The notes below the pieces were generated by a model. The model did not search any database, was not told where the DNA came from, and worked only from the letters and a program-made list of their open reading frames with translations. From Alphaproteobacteria bacterium (lineage in GTDB: Bacteria; Pseudomonadota; Alphaproteobacteria; SP197), in NCBI GenBank assembly GCA_964291415.2, contig OZ219917.1, positions 608,001 through 672,000 on the forward strand: a stretch of 64,000 bases of DNA. The letters are read 5' to 3'. Below, piece after piece: positions 1 through 10,036 of this stretch. Made by a program: the position numbers and the translations under genes. Within the stretch, counting starts at the first letter, position 1; every line of letters starts with the position of its first letter.

Positions 1-1
1 C

Positions 2-301
2 GATGTCTGTGCGATCCTGCTCATGTGTTCGTTGCCGGAAGAGATCGATGCCTGTCTGCCCGGTTTGCTGGCGGCGTTCGACGGGCCGGTCGGGGCCTAT
101 CCCAACATCGGGTACGAGTTTTCCGATGAGGACGTCGCCGCCGGTGGCCACTTCCACAGTCTCGATACCACCAGCTGCTCCCCCGAACGCCTCGCCGCCC
201 ACGCACAACACTGGCTCGCCGCCGGCGCGCGCATCGTAGGCGGCTGCTGCGCCACCACGCCCGATCACATCCAGGCGATTCGCGATCTCGTTCCCCGGTG
301 A
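2..301 (+). CDS. Homocysteine S-methyltransferase family protein, C-terminal part (truncated by window edge)
   Basis: Frame open from position 2; GAYPN and GARIVGGCCATTPDHI (GGCC zinc-ligand motif). Confidence 0.85.
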   Translation, partial: DVCAILLMCSLPEEIDACLPGLLAAFDGPVGAYPNIGYEFSDEDVAAGGHFHSLDTTSCSPERLAAHAQHWLAAGARIVGGCCATTPDHIQAIRDLVPR

Positions 302-324
302 GGCGCGGCGCCGGACCCGGGGGA

Positions 325-957
325 TCAGGTCGGCGCGAAGGGTTCGACGCCGTGGCGTTCGAGAAGTGCCGCCATGGCCGGACGCTCCTGAGTTCGGCGG
401 ACGATGGCGCCGACGTGTTTCTCGCGGTCGATCATGGCATGACAGTCCCAGTGCATGGTGGCCTGGACGAGAAGAAGGATGTCGGCCGTCGAAAAGCGTT
501 CCCCGACCAGCCATGTCTGGCCGGCCACGCTGGCATCGAGCTGCCGCCACAGGTCATCGGCATTGCGCCGCGCCGCCTCGCGCACGCCATCGATGCCGTC
601 AGGTGCCGTTGTGTACCAGTCCGCGTGGTACTCGTTGGCGACCGTCGGGTGAACCACGGAGCCCAGCCAGACCATCCACTGGTACCACCATGCCCTTTCA
701 TGGCTCCCCAACGGCGGGGCAAGGCCCGCCCCCTTGTGCCTGTCGGCAAGATGCATGGCGATGGCGGAGCCCTCGTAGATGACGAGGTTCCCGTCTACGA
801 GCGTCGGAACCAGGCCGTCAGGGCGGAGTTCGAGGTACGCGGGATCCGTTGAGCGTCCATCGGGAAGCGTCACCGTCTCGAAAGGAACGCCGATCTCGTC
901 GAGCGTGCCTTCGGGGACCATGGACATCGTGAAGGGTTTGCCATAGAGGCGGTACAT
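325..957 (-). CDS. Glutathione S-transferase family protein
   Basis: N-terminal YLELRPDGLVPTLVDG...EGSAI and C-terminal WLVGERFSTADI motifs; 210 aa. Confidence 0.9.
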   Translation of the reverse strand: MYRLYGKPFTMSMVPEGTLDEIGVPFETVTLPDGRSTDPAYLELRPDGLVPTLVDGNLVIYEGSAIAMHLADRHKGAGLAPPLGSHERAWWYQWMVWLGSVVHPTVANEYHADWYTTAPDGIDGVREAARRNADDLWRQLDASVAGQTWLVGERFSTADILLLVQATMHWDCHAMIDREKHVGAIVRRTQERPAMAALLERHGVEPFAPT

Positions 958-992
958 GTTCAGATCTCCTGTTCGTCTGGAGGAACCGGACA

Positions 993-1883
993 GTGCCGAT
1001 CATCGATGCCAATGGAACCGGGATCTACGTCGAATGTCACGGAGATCCCGAAGGACCGCCCATTCTGCTTGTCAGGGGGCTCGGATCGCAGATCATTCAC
1101 TGGCCTGACACGATGATCGGCTGTCTCGTGGACCACGGCATGCGCGTCATCGCGCCCGACAACCGCGACGCCGGACTGTCGCAGAAGTTCGATGACCTCG
1201 AGTCGATCACTGCGGATGAGGCCCTTCGCCGCGAGACCGAAGGCCTTCCCGTCGAGGCGCCCTACACGATCCGCGATTTCGTCGCCGATCATGTCGGTGT
1301 TCTTGATCATTTCGGCATTGCCCGGGCTCACGTCTTCGGCGTTTCCATGGGCGGCATGATCGTGCAGACCATGGCTGTCACATGTCCCGAGCGGGTCGTC
1401 ACCATGACCTCGGTCATGTCGTCGTCCGGCAATCCGGAACTCCCATCCATGGCGCCCGAGGTCCAGCGCCTGCTGCTCGAGTCCCCTGACGATCCCGATG
1501 ACCGTGACTCGGTCATTGCCTTCACGCTCGCCTGCGACCGTGTCTGGGGGAGTCCGGGGTATCCCTTCGACGAGAGTGAAAGAGCGGACCTCATCGGCCG
1601 GGCGTTCGACCGCTGCTACACGCCATCGGGGGTCCTGCGCCAGTATCTCGCCGTGCGCCAGGATGGCTCGCGAGTCGAGCGCCTGCGGACGATCGGCGTG
1701 CCCAGCCTGGTGATCCACGGCACCGACGACGCACTGCTGTCGATCGAACACGGGCGCGATACCGCGGCCAACATTCCCGGTTGCGTGCTCATCGAGATTC
1801 CCGGCATGGGCCATGATCTCGAAGGCGAACTCGGCCCGATGATCGCCGGGTTCACGGCGCATCACGCGCGGACGAGGGGATGA
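993..1883 (+). CDS. Alpha/beta fold hydrolase
   Basis: GVSMGG nucleophile elbow, DNRDAGLS, IHGTDD and GMGH catalytic motifs; GTG start after GGAGG. Confidence 0.9.
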   Translation: MPIIDANGTGIYVECHGDPEGPPILLVRGLGSQIIHWPDTMIGCLVDHGMRVIAPDNRDAGLSQKFDDLESITADEALRRETEGLPVEAPYTIRDFVADHVGVLDHFGIARAHVFGVSMGGMIVQTMAVTCPERVVTMTSVMSSSGNPELPSMAPEVQRLLLESPDDPDDRDSVIAFTLACDRVWGSPGYPFDESERADLIGRAFDRCYTPSGVLRQYLAVRQDGSRVERLRTIGVPSLVIHGTDDALLSIEHGRDTAANIPGCVLIEIPGMGHDLEGELGPMIAGFTAHHARTRG

Positions 1884-1887
1884 GCAA

Positions 1888-2226
1888 TCAGGTGGTGCCC
1901 AGGTAGATCTCGACCCGCCTATTGGCAGCATCCTGCTCACTCTTGCGCGGTCGAGGGCGTTTAGCTGGATTGGTCATCATGCTGTCGAGTGCGTCCGCCG
2001 CCCAGTCGCCTAGGTCTTTGGGCAACGTCCGCCGCTCGCGCAGGTAGTGTTGGACCATCCGGTTAAGGGCGTCCCATGTGTCCCGGCTCGATTCCGACTC
2101 GGCGATCTTGTTGCGTAGCCAGGGGCCCTGTTGCCGTTCAGGGTCAGGTGATTCGTAGACTTGGCAGAACGGCTTCTGTCGCGCCTTCTCGTTGGCGACC
2201 AGCCGGTCGAATTCGGCCTCATCCAT
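1888..2226 (-). CDS. Hypothetical protein in the integrative element (possibly truncated at the att-like site)
   Basis: 112-aa ORF overlapping the integrase stop; its last codons run through the 11-bp repeat. Confidence 0.55.
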   Translation of the reverse strand: MDEAEFDRLVANEKARQKPFCQVYESPDPERQQGPWLRNKIAESESSRDTWDALNRMVQHYLRERRTLPKDLGDWAADALDSMMTNPAKRPRPRKSEQDAANRRVEIYLGTT

Positions 2227-3394
2227 AAAGCGTCACCACGTCAGCGCTCGCGCCAGTCACGTACCGGTCCCAAGTGTCCATAAGATCCCGCCGCCGCTCG
2301 AACAAATCGGATCGGAAGTAGGCCCCTTCCACACCAGAGACGGTATGAGCCAGAGCGGCCTCGGCAATCTCCCTTGCCTTGCCAGTGTCCGCACACCAGT
2401 CCCTGAACGATGACCGGAAGCCATGCACCACGCAGCGCTCTGCAAGGCCGGTGTCCCGAAGAACCTTGGTCAGGGACATATCGGAGAGCGGTGTATTGCG
2501 CTTGCGCGGTGAGGGGAACAAGAGGTTCGACTCGTCCTGCAGGACAGCCACGTCACGAAGGACCTCGATGACCGAATCGGACAGGGGAACACGATGCTCC
2601 ACACCGGCCTTCATGCGCTCGGCAGGGATGCGCCAGACACGCCCATCCATGTCGATCTCATCCCATGTCGCCAGACGCGCCTCGCCGGAACGGCAAGCGG
2701 TCAGCACGACGAAGCGCAAGCAGAGCTTTGCGGCCATGCTCGCCTTGGACGTCTGGATGGTGCGCAGTGCTGCCGCCACGTCCCTGAACGGCAGGGCACG
2801 GAAATGCGACTTGACCGCAGGCATCTTCGGCAACGCTCCGTCGATGGCCTCGCCAGCGACGTTGTGGTCGACGTAGCCATGAGCCTGGGCCCATTTCAGT
2901 GTGGCGCGGATGCGCTGTCGCAGCTTGCGGGCAATCTCCGGCTTCTCTGTCCAGATAGGCGTCAGAACCGCCAGCACGTCTTCCCGCCCTATCCGATCCA
3001 CAGGCATGTCACCCAGGCGCTTGAAGGCATGGCGCTCAAGCTGTTGCCACCAGTTCGCAGCTACCTTCGCACTACGCCATCGTGGGCGGTTGGCTTCGTA
3101 GGTCTTCTGCGCGGCCTGCCGGAACGTCGGCACCTTGGCCTTGTGTTTGTCGGCGAGCGGATCCCCACCGGATCTCACGAGTCTTCGGTTATCGAGTGCT
3201 GCATCGCGAGCCTCGGTCAGTGTGACAACAGGCCAGGGACCGAGTCCGATGTCGCACCGCTTCCCGTTGACGGTCAGGCGTTGCACCCAGCTCTTGGACC
3301 CACCGGCCGCGACATTCAGATACAGAGTCTCACCATCACCAAACATTCCCGGCGCATTCAGAGCCGTGATCTTCTTGATCGTGAGCTTTCCCAA
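2219..3394 (-). CDS. Tyrosine recombinase/integrase, P4-like, with N-terminal arm-binding domain
   Basis: Arm domain DGETLYLNV...GSKSW...IGLGPWP; catalytic R (TACRSGE), HxxR (VHGFR), H (LAH), Y (GAYFRS); directly downstream of a tRNA. Confidence 0.95.
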   Translation of the reverse strand: MGKLTIKKITALNAPGMFGDGETLYLNVAAGGSKSWVQRLTVNGKRCDIGLGPWPVVTLTEARDAALDNRRLVRSGGDPLADKHKAKVPTFRQAAQKTYEANRPRWRSAKVAANWWQQLERHAFKRLGDMPVDRIGREDVLAVLTPIWTEKPEIARKLRQRIRATLKWAQAHGYVDHNVAGEAIDGALPKMPAVKSHFRALPFRDVAAALRTIQTSKASMAAKLCLRFVVLTACRSGEARLATWDEIDMDGRVWRIPAERMKAGVEHRVPLSDSVIEVLRDVAVLQDESNLLFPSPRKRNTPLSDMSLTKVLRDTGLAERCVVHGFRSSFRDWCADTGKAREIAEAALAHTVSGVEGAYFRSDLFERRRDLMDTWDRYVTGASADVVTLYG

Positions 3395-3436
3395 TGTTCT
3401 TCCCCTCGTTTGTTTCCCAACGTTTTTCCCAACGTC
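3387..3436. repeat. Three 12-bp direct repeats TTTCCCAAyGTy, candidate integrase arm-type sites
   Basis: Copies at 3387-3398, 3413-3424 and 3425-3436, between the integrase start and the tRNA. Confidence 0.6.
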
Positions 3437-3547
3437 AACGTGGGGAAAGTACAGGAAGACGCGGGGACATGCAATAACACCTTGCGTCGTATCACGATGT
3501 TATAACGTGATTTCCAATGTTTTCTGGGAAAGCAACGGATGTCGAGA

Positions 3548-3623
3548 TGGTGCCCAGGGGCGGAATCGAACCACCGACACCATGATTTTCAGTCATGTGC
3601 TCTACCAACTGAGCTACCTGGGC
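3548..3623 (-). tRNA. tRNA-Phe (GAA)
   Basis: Reverse complement GCCCAGGTAGCTCAGTTGGTAGAGCACATGACTGAAAATCATGGTGTCGGTGGTTCGATTCCGCCCCTGGGCACCA; 76 nt cloverleaf, GAA anticodon, encoded CCA. Confidence 0.98.
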
Positions 3624-3667
3624 ACCTTCGGGGGCGCCTTCATAGAGAATTCACCGTGCCTTGTCCA

Positions 3668-3853
3668 TCACGTTCGCCCGTCTTCCTCGGGCGTTTCGGC
3701 GCCATCGGCGTCCGTCGGCTCGCCTTCAATCACGTAGGGCGGCGCAGTGCCGATCCAGTGCGCCAGATCCTTCATGCCGCAGCGCCGGGAGCAGAACGGT
3801 GCGTGGCGCGCGTTCGACGGCCTGGCGCACACGGGGCATCGCCGGTCCGTCAT
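3668..3853 (-). CDS. yacG: DNA gyrase inhibitor YacG
   Basis: CPVC...PFCSRRC...DLAHW zinc finger; overlaps maf stop. Confidence 0.9.
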   Translation of the reverse strand: MTDRRCPVCARPSNARHAPFCSRRCGMKDLAHWIGTAPPYVIEGEPTDADGAETPEEDGRT

Positions 3854-4440
3854 GGCCGTGGCGCCAGGCCGTGGCCGGCAAGCAGCCCCGCCGTCTCGTA
3901 GAGGCCGAGTCCGACGACATTGCTGTAGGAGCCGTTCAGCCGCCGCACGAAGGCCGCCGCCCTTCCCTGAATGGCGTAGGCTCCGGCCTTGCCATGCCAC
4001 TCGCCGCTGGCGATATAGGAATCGATTTCGTCACCCGACAGACGCTTGAAGGCGACGCGGGTGACGACAAGGCGCGAACGTGTGGCACCGGAAACGAGGA
4101 GACAGATTCCGCCGTAGACCATGTGACTGCGACCGGAAAGCCGCTCGAGACAGCCCCGTGCCTCGGCGGTGTCTGCCGGCTTGGGCAGGATCCGGCGGCC
4201 GCAGGCCACGACCGTATCGGCGGCGAGGATTGCGGTGCCAGGGCGGGAACGGGCGACCGAGAGAGCCTTCTCCCGGGAAAGGCGGATCGCCAGCTGCCGC
4301 GGCAGTTCACCCCTGCGCGGTGTTTCCGGGATATCGGCCGGTACCGTCTCGTCGGGAACCACGCCGATCTGAGCCAGGAGTTCCATGCGGCGCGGCGATG
4401 CCGAAGCCAGAATCAAGGTCATGTGAGGGCGCTTGGTCAT
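3850..4440 (-). CDS. maf: Maf family nucleotide pyrophosphatase
   Basis: LILASASPRRMELL, ADTVV, GKAGAYAIQG, SNVVGL motifs. Confidence 0.95.
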   Translation of the reverse strand: MTKRPHMTLILASASPRRMELLAQIGVVPDETVPADIPETPRRGELPRQLAIRLSREKALSVARSRPGTAILAADTVVACGRRILPKPADTAEARGCLERLSGRSHMVYGGICLLVSGATRSRLVVTRVAFKRLSGDEIDSYIASGEWHGKAGAYAIQGRAAAFVRRLNGSYSNVVGLGLYETAGLLAGHGLAPRP

Positions 4441-4453
4441 CGGTGTCACGTCT

Positions 4454-4906
4454 TCAGATGGCGGACAGCGAGGTCGAGGGAAAGCGCTCGCCGATACGCT
4501 GCCGTATGTGGTCCCGCACGCCCCGGAAGGCATCGAGGATCATGTCCCTGTTGCCCTCGATGGCAACGGGATCGAACGTCATCCAGTACTCCACGTCGAG
4601 TGCGGCATAGCGGGTGAGTTCGACGGCACGATGCTGCGCCTCGGGTGACATGGTGATCACCAGATCGAAACTCTCGGCGCCGTCATCGATGTCGTCGAAG
4701 GTCTTGGGCCGATGACCGGACATGTCGATGCCGATTTCCGCCATGACCTCGATCATGAAGGGATTGGCGTCTCCGGTCGGGCGCACGCCGACCGAATCGA
4801 TGAAGATGCTGTGACCATAGAGGCTTTTCATGAGTCCTTCGGCCATGGGAGACCGCACGGCATTGTAGTTGCATGCGAAGAGCACGGCACCCGGCGTATC
4901 GGCCAT
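4454..4906 (-). CDS. Low-molecular-weight phosphatase / ArsC-like family protein
   Basis: VLFACNYNAVRSPMAE CX5R loop; usual neighbour of UPF0262. Confidence 0.88.
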   Translation of the reverse strand: MADTPGAVLFACNYNAVRSPMAEGLMKSLYGHSIFIDSVGVRPTGDANPFMIEVMAEIGIDMSGHRPKTFDDIDDGAESFDLVITMSPEAQHRAVELTRYAALDVEYWMTFDPVAIEGNRDMILDAFRGVRDHIRQRIGERFPSTSLSAI

Positions 4907-4910
4907 GCCG

Positions 4911-5402
4911 TCAGCTCCGGATGTGAAGGACGCAGAGCAGGGTAAAGAGCCGTCTCGATGTCTCCATGTCGATCGCCACGCGCTTGTCGAGAGTCTCGCG
5001 CAGCAGCGCCGCACCCTCGTCGTGGAGACTGCGACGCCCCATGTCGAGCGCCTCGATACGTGATGGAGGCGCGCTCTTGATTGCCTCGAAATAGCTTTCG
5101 CACACCGTGAAGTAGTCCTTCACGATCCGGCGAAAGGACTTGATCGGCATGGTGACTTCTCCAAGAGGCCGGTCCTCCTCGTCACCAATTCCGAACACCA
5201 GGCTGCGGCCGTCCCTGACCGCAAGGCACACGCGATAGGGTCCCGGTGGCAGACCCTCCGGTTCAAAGTGATTGGACTCCAGGAGATCGTAGATGGCCAC
5301 GGCCATCTCGTGTTCGACCTCGGCGCTGCGTCGCACCACCAGGCGGTCGTCGAGCCGGATGTCGCTGATCCGGAAACGGATGTCACCGTCCTCGGCCGTC
5401 AT
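4911..5402 (-). CDS. UPF0262 family protein
   Basis: VEHEMAVAIYDLLESNHF, VKDYFTVCESYFEAI, IEALDMGRRSLHDEGA, RRLFTLLCVLH. Confidence 0.9.
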   Translation of the reverse strand: MTAEDGDIRFRISDIRLDDRLVVRRSAEVEHEMAVAIYDLLESNHFEPEGLPPGPYRVCLAVRDGRSLVFGIGDEEDRPLGEVTMPIKSFRRIVKDYFTVCESYFEAIKSAPPSRIEALDMGRRSLHDEGAALLRETLDKRVAIDMETSRRLFTLLCVLHIRS

Positions 5403-5554
5403 GACCGCAACGGGGCGAAGGCCACCGGCGCCATCCGGGCTCCTGGCATGTCACGGTCATGCACCATCATGGCTCACACTACCGGCAGTTCCGCCGCTGG
5501 TTCAATCGGTCAGCCCGGCTTGAAAGTGCCGGAATGCCGCGCAATTGTGATGCC

Positions 5555-7237
5555 ATGTCGACAGCGGCAGACAACCTTTCCCATGTGGCGGGTGACACTC
5601 ACCCGCCGCTTCGGCATACGACCATTCCGGCCCTGCTGCACGAGACGGCATGGCGACATCCCTTGCGGGATGCTGTGGTTGTGCCTCACGACGGTCACCG
5701 ACTGACCTACGGCGATCTCGTCCGCGAGGTCGACGCCATCGCCACCGGCCTTCTTGATCTCGGCATCGTCCGGGGTGACCGCGTCGGCATCTGGTCACCG
5801 AACCGTCTCGAATGGGTGCTGACACAGTTCGCCACGGCCAGGATCGGCGCCGTTCTGGTCAACATCAACCCGGCCTACCGTCTCGCCGAACTGGAGTTCG
5901 CGCTCAACAAGGTGGCCTGCAAGGCCCTCGTCACGGCAAAGAGGTTCAAGTCATCCGACTACCTTGGCATGGTACGGACTCTCTCTCCCGAGGTGGCCCA
6001 CTGTCCGCCGGGCCGTCTGGTCTCCCGACGGCTGCCGCACCTTCGTTGCGTCATCGCCATGGGCGATGAGCCCGGTCCCGGATTCCTGAGGTTCAGCGAC
6101 GTTGCACGCTCGCCTGATACCGGACGCCTCGACGCCATCAAGGTCGAGCCCTGCGATGCCATCAACATCCAGTTCACCTCCGGCACCACGGGGACCCCGA
6201 AGGGAGCAACGCTGTCGCACCATAACATTGTCAACAATGCCCGCTTCGTGACGGACCGCATGAGGTTCTCGCAGGACGACAGGTTGTGCATACCCGTGCC
6301 GCTTTACCACTGCTTCGGCATGGTGATGGGAGTGCTTGGATGTGTCACCAAGGGCGCGGCGATGGTGTTTCCCGGCGAGGGTTTCGATGCGGTGCGGACA
6401 CTCGAGGCCGTGACGGAGGAACGCTGTACGGCACTCTACGGAGTGCCCACAATGTTCATCGCCATGCTCGATGAGCTCGCCGAAGGTTCGGCATGCGCCT
6501 TTGACCTGTCGGCCCTGCGTACCGGCATCATGGCCGGCGCGTCCTGTCCCATCGAGGTCATGCGTCGTGTCACGCACGAGATGAACATGCCGGAGATCAC
6601 GATCTGCTACGGCATGACCGAAACGTCTCCCGTCTCATTCCAGAGCCATGTTGACGATCCGCTTGCCAGGCGTGTGGCCACGGTCGGGCGAGTCCACCCG
6701 CACATCGAGGCGAAGGTTGTCGATCGCGATGGCGCGACCCTCACCCGGGGCGAGCAAGGCGAACTCCTGGTCAGGGGCTATGCGGTGATGAAGGGATACT
6801 GGGACGATGATGTCCGGACGCGCGAATCGATCGTCGACGGCTGGATGCACACCGGCGATCTCGCCACCCTCGACGACGAGGGATTCTGCGCCATCGTCGG
6901 GCGGGTCAAGGACATGATCATACGCGGCGGCGAGAACATCTATCCCCGCGAGATCGAGGAATTCCTGCACCGCCATCCGGGGATCAGCCAGGCCCAGGTG
7001 TTCGGCATTCCCGACACCCGCTACGGCGAGCAGGTCTGCGCCTGGGTGATTCCCGAACGGGACGCGGATCTTGAGGGAGCGGACGTGATCGAGTTCTGCA
7101 CCGGCCAGATCGCGCATTTCAAGGTGCCGCGCCACGTCCGCATCGTCGAGACCCTGCCGATGACCGTCACCGGCAAGCCGCAGAAGTTCGTCATGCGTGA
7201 CTGGATGATCGAGCACGGTTATGTGGACGCGGACTGA
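5555..7237 (+). CDS. AMP-binding acyl-CoA synthetase
   Basis: QFTSGTTGTPKG, YGMTETSP, WMHTGD, GRVKDMIIRGGENIYPREIE, TVTGKPQK; start chosen at MSTAAD. Confidence 0.92.
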   Translation: MSTAADNLSHVAGDTHPPLRHTTIPALLHETAWRHPLRDAVVVPHDGHRLTYGDLVREVDAIATGLLDLGIVRGDRVGIWSPNRLEWVLTQFATARIGAVLVNINPAYRLAELEFALNKVACKALVTAKRFKSSDYLGMVRTLSPEVAHCPPGRLVSRRLPHLRCVIAMGDEPGPGFLRFSDVARSPDTGRLDAIKVEPCDAINIQFTSGTTGTPKGATLSHHNIVNNARFVTDRMRFSQDDRLCIPVPLYHCFGMVMGVLGCVTKGAAMVFPGEGFDAVRTLEAVTEERCTALYGVPTMFIAMLDELAEGSACAFDLSALRTGIMAGASCPIEVMRRVTHEMNMPEITICYGMTETSPVSFQSHVDDPLARRVATVGRVHPHIEAKVVDRDGATLTRGEQGELLVRGYAVMKGYWDDDVRTRESIVDGWMHTGDLATLDDEGFCAIVGRVKDMIIRGGENIYPREIEEFLHRHPGISQAQVFGIPDTRYGEQVCAWVIPERDADLEGADVIEFCTGQIAHFKVPRHVRIVETLPMTVTGKPQKFVMRDWMIEHGYVDAD

Positions 7238-7255
7238 CGGGGCGATGGAACGTCC

Positions 7256-8422
7256 ATGTACGAACCCGGACTGAATCTCGGCCTGCCCGATGATGTTGCG
7301 GCCCTCCGGGGCACCGTCGCACGCTTTGCCCGCGAGCGCGTCGCGCCCGATGCGGCGGCCTTTGACGGCGACGGGGGATTCCCCCGCGCCCTCTGGCGCG
7401 AGATGGGTGAGATGGGGCTGCTCGGAATCACCGTGGAGGAAGACTGGGGCGGTGCCGCCATGGGCTATCTCGCCCATGTCGTTGCCCTCGAGGAACTCTC
7501 CCGGGCCTCGGCATCCGTCGCGCTGTCCTACGGCGCCCACTCCAATCTCTGCGTCAACCAGATCCGGCGGCACGGCACACCGGAACAAAAGGAGCGCTAC
7601 CTGCCCGGCCTCGTCTCCGGAGACGCCGTCGGCGCCCTCGCGATGAGCGAGGCCGAGGCCGGATCCGATGTCGTCTCGATGCGCCTCGACGCCAGCAGGC
7701 GCAACGACGGATACGTTCTCAACGGCCACAAGATGTGGATCACCAACGGCCCCGATGCCGACTGTGTCGTCGTCTATGCGAAGACCGATCCCGAGGCCGG
7801 TTCGCGCGGCATCACCGCCTTCATCGTCGAGAGGGACTTCAGGGGTTTCTCCAGCGGGCCGCCGCTCGAGAAGCTCGGAATGCGGGGATCGAGAACCTCG
7901 GAACTCGTCTTCGATGACTGCCTGGTGCCTTTCGGCAACGTCCTCGGAGAGGAAAACGCGGGGATTGCCGTCCTCATGTCGGGACTTGACTACGAACGGA
8001 TCGTGCTGGCTGGCGGGCCTTTGGGAATCATGGCCGCGTGCCTCGACACCGTCGTCCCCTACGTTCACCAGAGACGGCAGTTCGACAGGCCGATCGGCAC
8101 GTTCCAGCTTGTTCAGGCAAAGCTCGCCGACATGCTGACGACCTCAAGCGCCTGCAGGGCCTACGTCTATGCCGTGGCAGCAGCTGCGGACCGTGGCGAA
8201 ACGAGCCGAGAGGATGCCGCCGGCTGCATACTCTATGCCTCGGAAAGGGCGACGGCCATGGCACTCGATGCAATCCAGCTTCTCGGCGGCAACGGCTACA
8301 TCGAGGAGTTTCCGGCGGCGCGGCTCCTGCGTGACGCCAAGCTCTACGAGATCGGCGCCGGAACGTCGGAGATCCGGCGCATGCTGATCGGTCGGGAACT
8401 CTTCGCCCGGACGGCGCCATGA
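7256..8422 (+). CDS. ivd: Isovaleryl-CoA dehydrogenase
   Basis: [53 protein letters not shown]. Confidence 0.95.
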   Translation: MYEPGLNLGLPDDVAALRGTVARFARERVAPDAAAFDGDGGFPRALWREMGEMGLLGITVEEDWGGAAMGYLAHVVALEELSRASASVALSYGAHSNLCVNQIRRHGTPEQKERYLPGLVSGDAVGALAMSEAEAGSDVVSMRLDASRRNDGYVLNGHKMWITNGPDADCVVVYAKTDPEAGSRGITAFIVERDFRGFSSGPPLEKLGMRGSRTSELVFDDCLVPFGNVLGEENAGIAVLMSGLDYERIVLAGGPLGIMAACLDTVVPYVHQRRQFDRPIGTFQLVQAKLADMLTTSSACRAYVYAVAAAADRGETSREDAAGCILYASERATAMALDAIQLLGGNGYIEEFPAARLLRDAKLYEIGAGTSEIRRMLIGRELFARTAP

Positions 8423-10026
8423 GTGTTCCAGGGTCTGCCGTTGATACCACCGGCGCGGACTATGGCCGCAACCGCGAGCGCATGCTGGGCCTGATCGACG
8501 AGACGGAACGCCACGCTGCGACCATCATGGAGGGCGGACCGGCGCGAGCGCGACGGCGTCATCTGGAGCGCGGCAAGCTGCTGCCCAGGGAGCGGGTCCG
8601 ACGCCTTCTCGATCCAGGGTCGCCCTTTCTCGAGATCGGTCTCTTTGCCGCCCACGGCCTCTACGATTCCGAGGTTCCGTCAGCCGGCATCATCACCGGC
8701 ATCGGCCTCGTCGAGGGCACGCAGTGCATGGTCATCTGCAACGATGCCACGGTCAAGGGCGGCACCTACTACCCGCTCACCGTCAAGAAGCACTTGAGAG
8801 CCCAGGAGATCGCCGGCGAGAACCGCCTGCCCTGTCTCTACCTGGTGGATTCCGGCGGCGCCAATCTGCCGAACCAGGACGAGGTCTTTCCGGACCGCGA
8901 TCACTTCGGACGGATCTTCTACAACCAGGCCAACATGTCGGCCGCCGGAATCCCGCAGATCGCCGTGGTCATGGGATCCTGCACGGCCGGCGGCGCCTAT
9001 GTTCCGGCGATGTCGGACGAGAGCATCATCGTCGCCGGTCAGGGAACGGTCTTTCTGGGCGGTCCGCCCCTGGTCAAGGCGGCAACCGGCGAGGATGTAT
9101 CCGCCGAGGAACTCGGTGGAGCCGACCTCCATACCCGCCGCTCCGGCGTGGTGGATCACCAGGCGGCCGACGACATCGAGGCTCTGGTGAGGGCGCGTGC
9201 CATTGTCGCTTCCCTCAACCGGCCGGCAAGCGACGGACCCGTCAGGCGAAATCCCGAGGCGCCGCTCCATGACCCGGAGGAGATACCCGGTCTCGTTCCC
9301 GGGGATCTGCGCCAGCCACTCGACATCCGTGCCGTCATTGCCCGCATCGTAGACCGGTCCAGGTTCGACGAGTTCAAGGCTCTCTACGGCACCACGCTGG
9401 TGTGCGGGTTTGCCCACATCGAGGGCATTCCCGTCGGCATCATCGCCAACAACGGGATCCTGTTCAGCGAATCCTCCCTCAAGGGCGCGCACTTCATCGA
9501 ACTGTGCGCCGGACGGCGGATCCCCATCGTCTTCCTGCAGAACATCACCGGGTTCATGGTGGGCAAGACCTACGAGGCCCGGGGAATCGCCAAGGACGGG
9601 GCCAAGCTCGTCACGGCCGTCGCCACCGCCGGCGTTCCGCGCATCACGATGATCATCGGAGGATCCTTCGGCGCCGGGAACTACGGCATGTGCGGGCGCG
9701 CCTTCTCGCCGCGGTTCCTGTGGATGTGGCCCAACGCGCGGATATCCGTGATGGGAGGCGAACAGGCGGCCAGCGTTCTTGGCACCGTGCGCCGCGATTC
9801 CATGACGCGGCGCGGCGAGGACTGGCCGGCGGAGGAGGAAGAAGCCTACAGGGCGACGATCGTCGAGCGCTTCGAAACCGAGGGCCACCCTCTCTACGCC
9901 AGCGCCCGCCTGTGGGACGACGGCATCATCGATCCCAGGAAGAGCCGCGACGTTCTTGCCCTGTCGCTTGCAGCGGCACTCAACGCGCCGATCGGCGAGA
10001 CCCGCTTCGGCCTCTTCCGAATGTAG
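8419..10026 (+). CDS. mccB: 3-methylcrotonyl-CoA carboxylase, carboxyltransferase subunit
   Basis: [44 protein letters not shown], terminal FGLFRM; ATGA overlap with ivd. Confidence 0.95.
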   Translation: MSVPGSAVDTTGADYGRNRERMLGLIDETERHAATIMEGGPARARRRHLERGKLLPRERVRRLLDPGSPFLEIGLFAAHGLYDSEVPSAGIITGIGLVEGTQCMVICNDATVKGGTYYPLTVKKHLRAQEIAGENRLPCLYLVDSGGANLPNQDEVFPDRDHFGRIFYNQANMSAAGIPQIAVVMGSCTAGGAYVPAMSDESIIVAGQGTVFLGGPPLVKAATGEDVSAEELGGADLHTRRSGVVDHQAADDIEALVRARAIVASLNRPASDGPVRRNPEAPLHDPEEIPGLVPGDLRQPLDIRAVIARIVDRSRFDEFKALYGTTLVCGFAHIEGIPVGIIANNGILFSESSLKGAHFIELCAGRRIPIVFLQNITGFMVGKTYEARGIAKDGAKLVTAVATAGVPRITMIIGGSFGAGNYGMCGRAFSPRFLWMWPNARISVMGGEQAASVLGTVRRDSMTRRGEDWPAEEEEAYRATIVERFETEGHPLYASARLWDDGIIDPRKSRDVLALSLAAALNAPIGETRFGLFRM

Positions 10027-10036
10027 GGACCACGCG

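Larger units (their letters stand above)
1893..3558 (-). mobile_element. Minimal or truncated integrative element at the 3' end of tRNA-Phe
   Basis: 11-bp direct repeat TGGTGCCCAGG at 1893-1903 and 3548-3558 (tRNA 3' end including CCA) brackets an integrase and one small ORF. Confidence 0.7.

Noticed and set aside
2219-3394. Prophage
   Set aside because: No structural, replication or lysis genes; host genes resume immediately on both sides.
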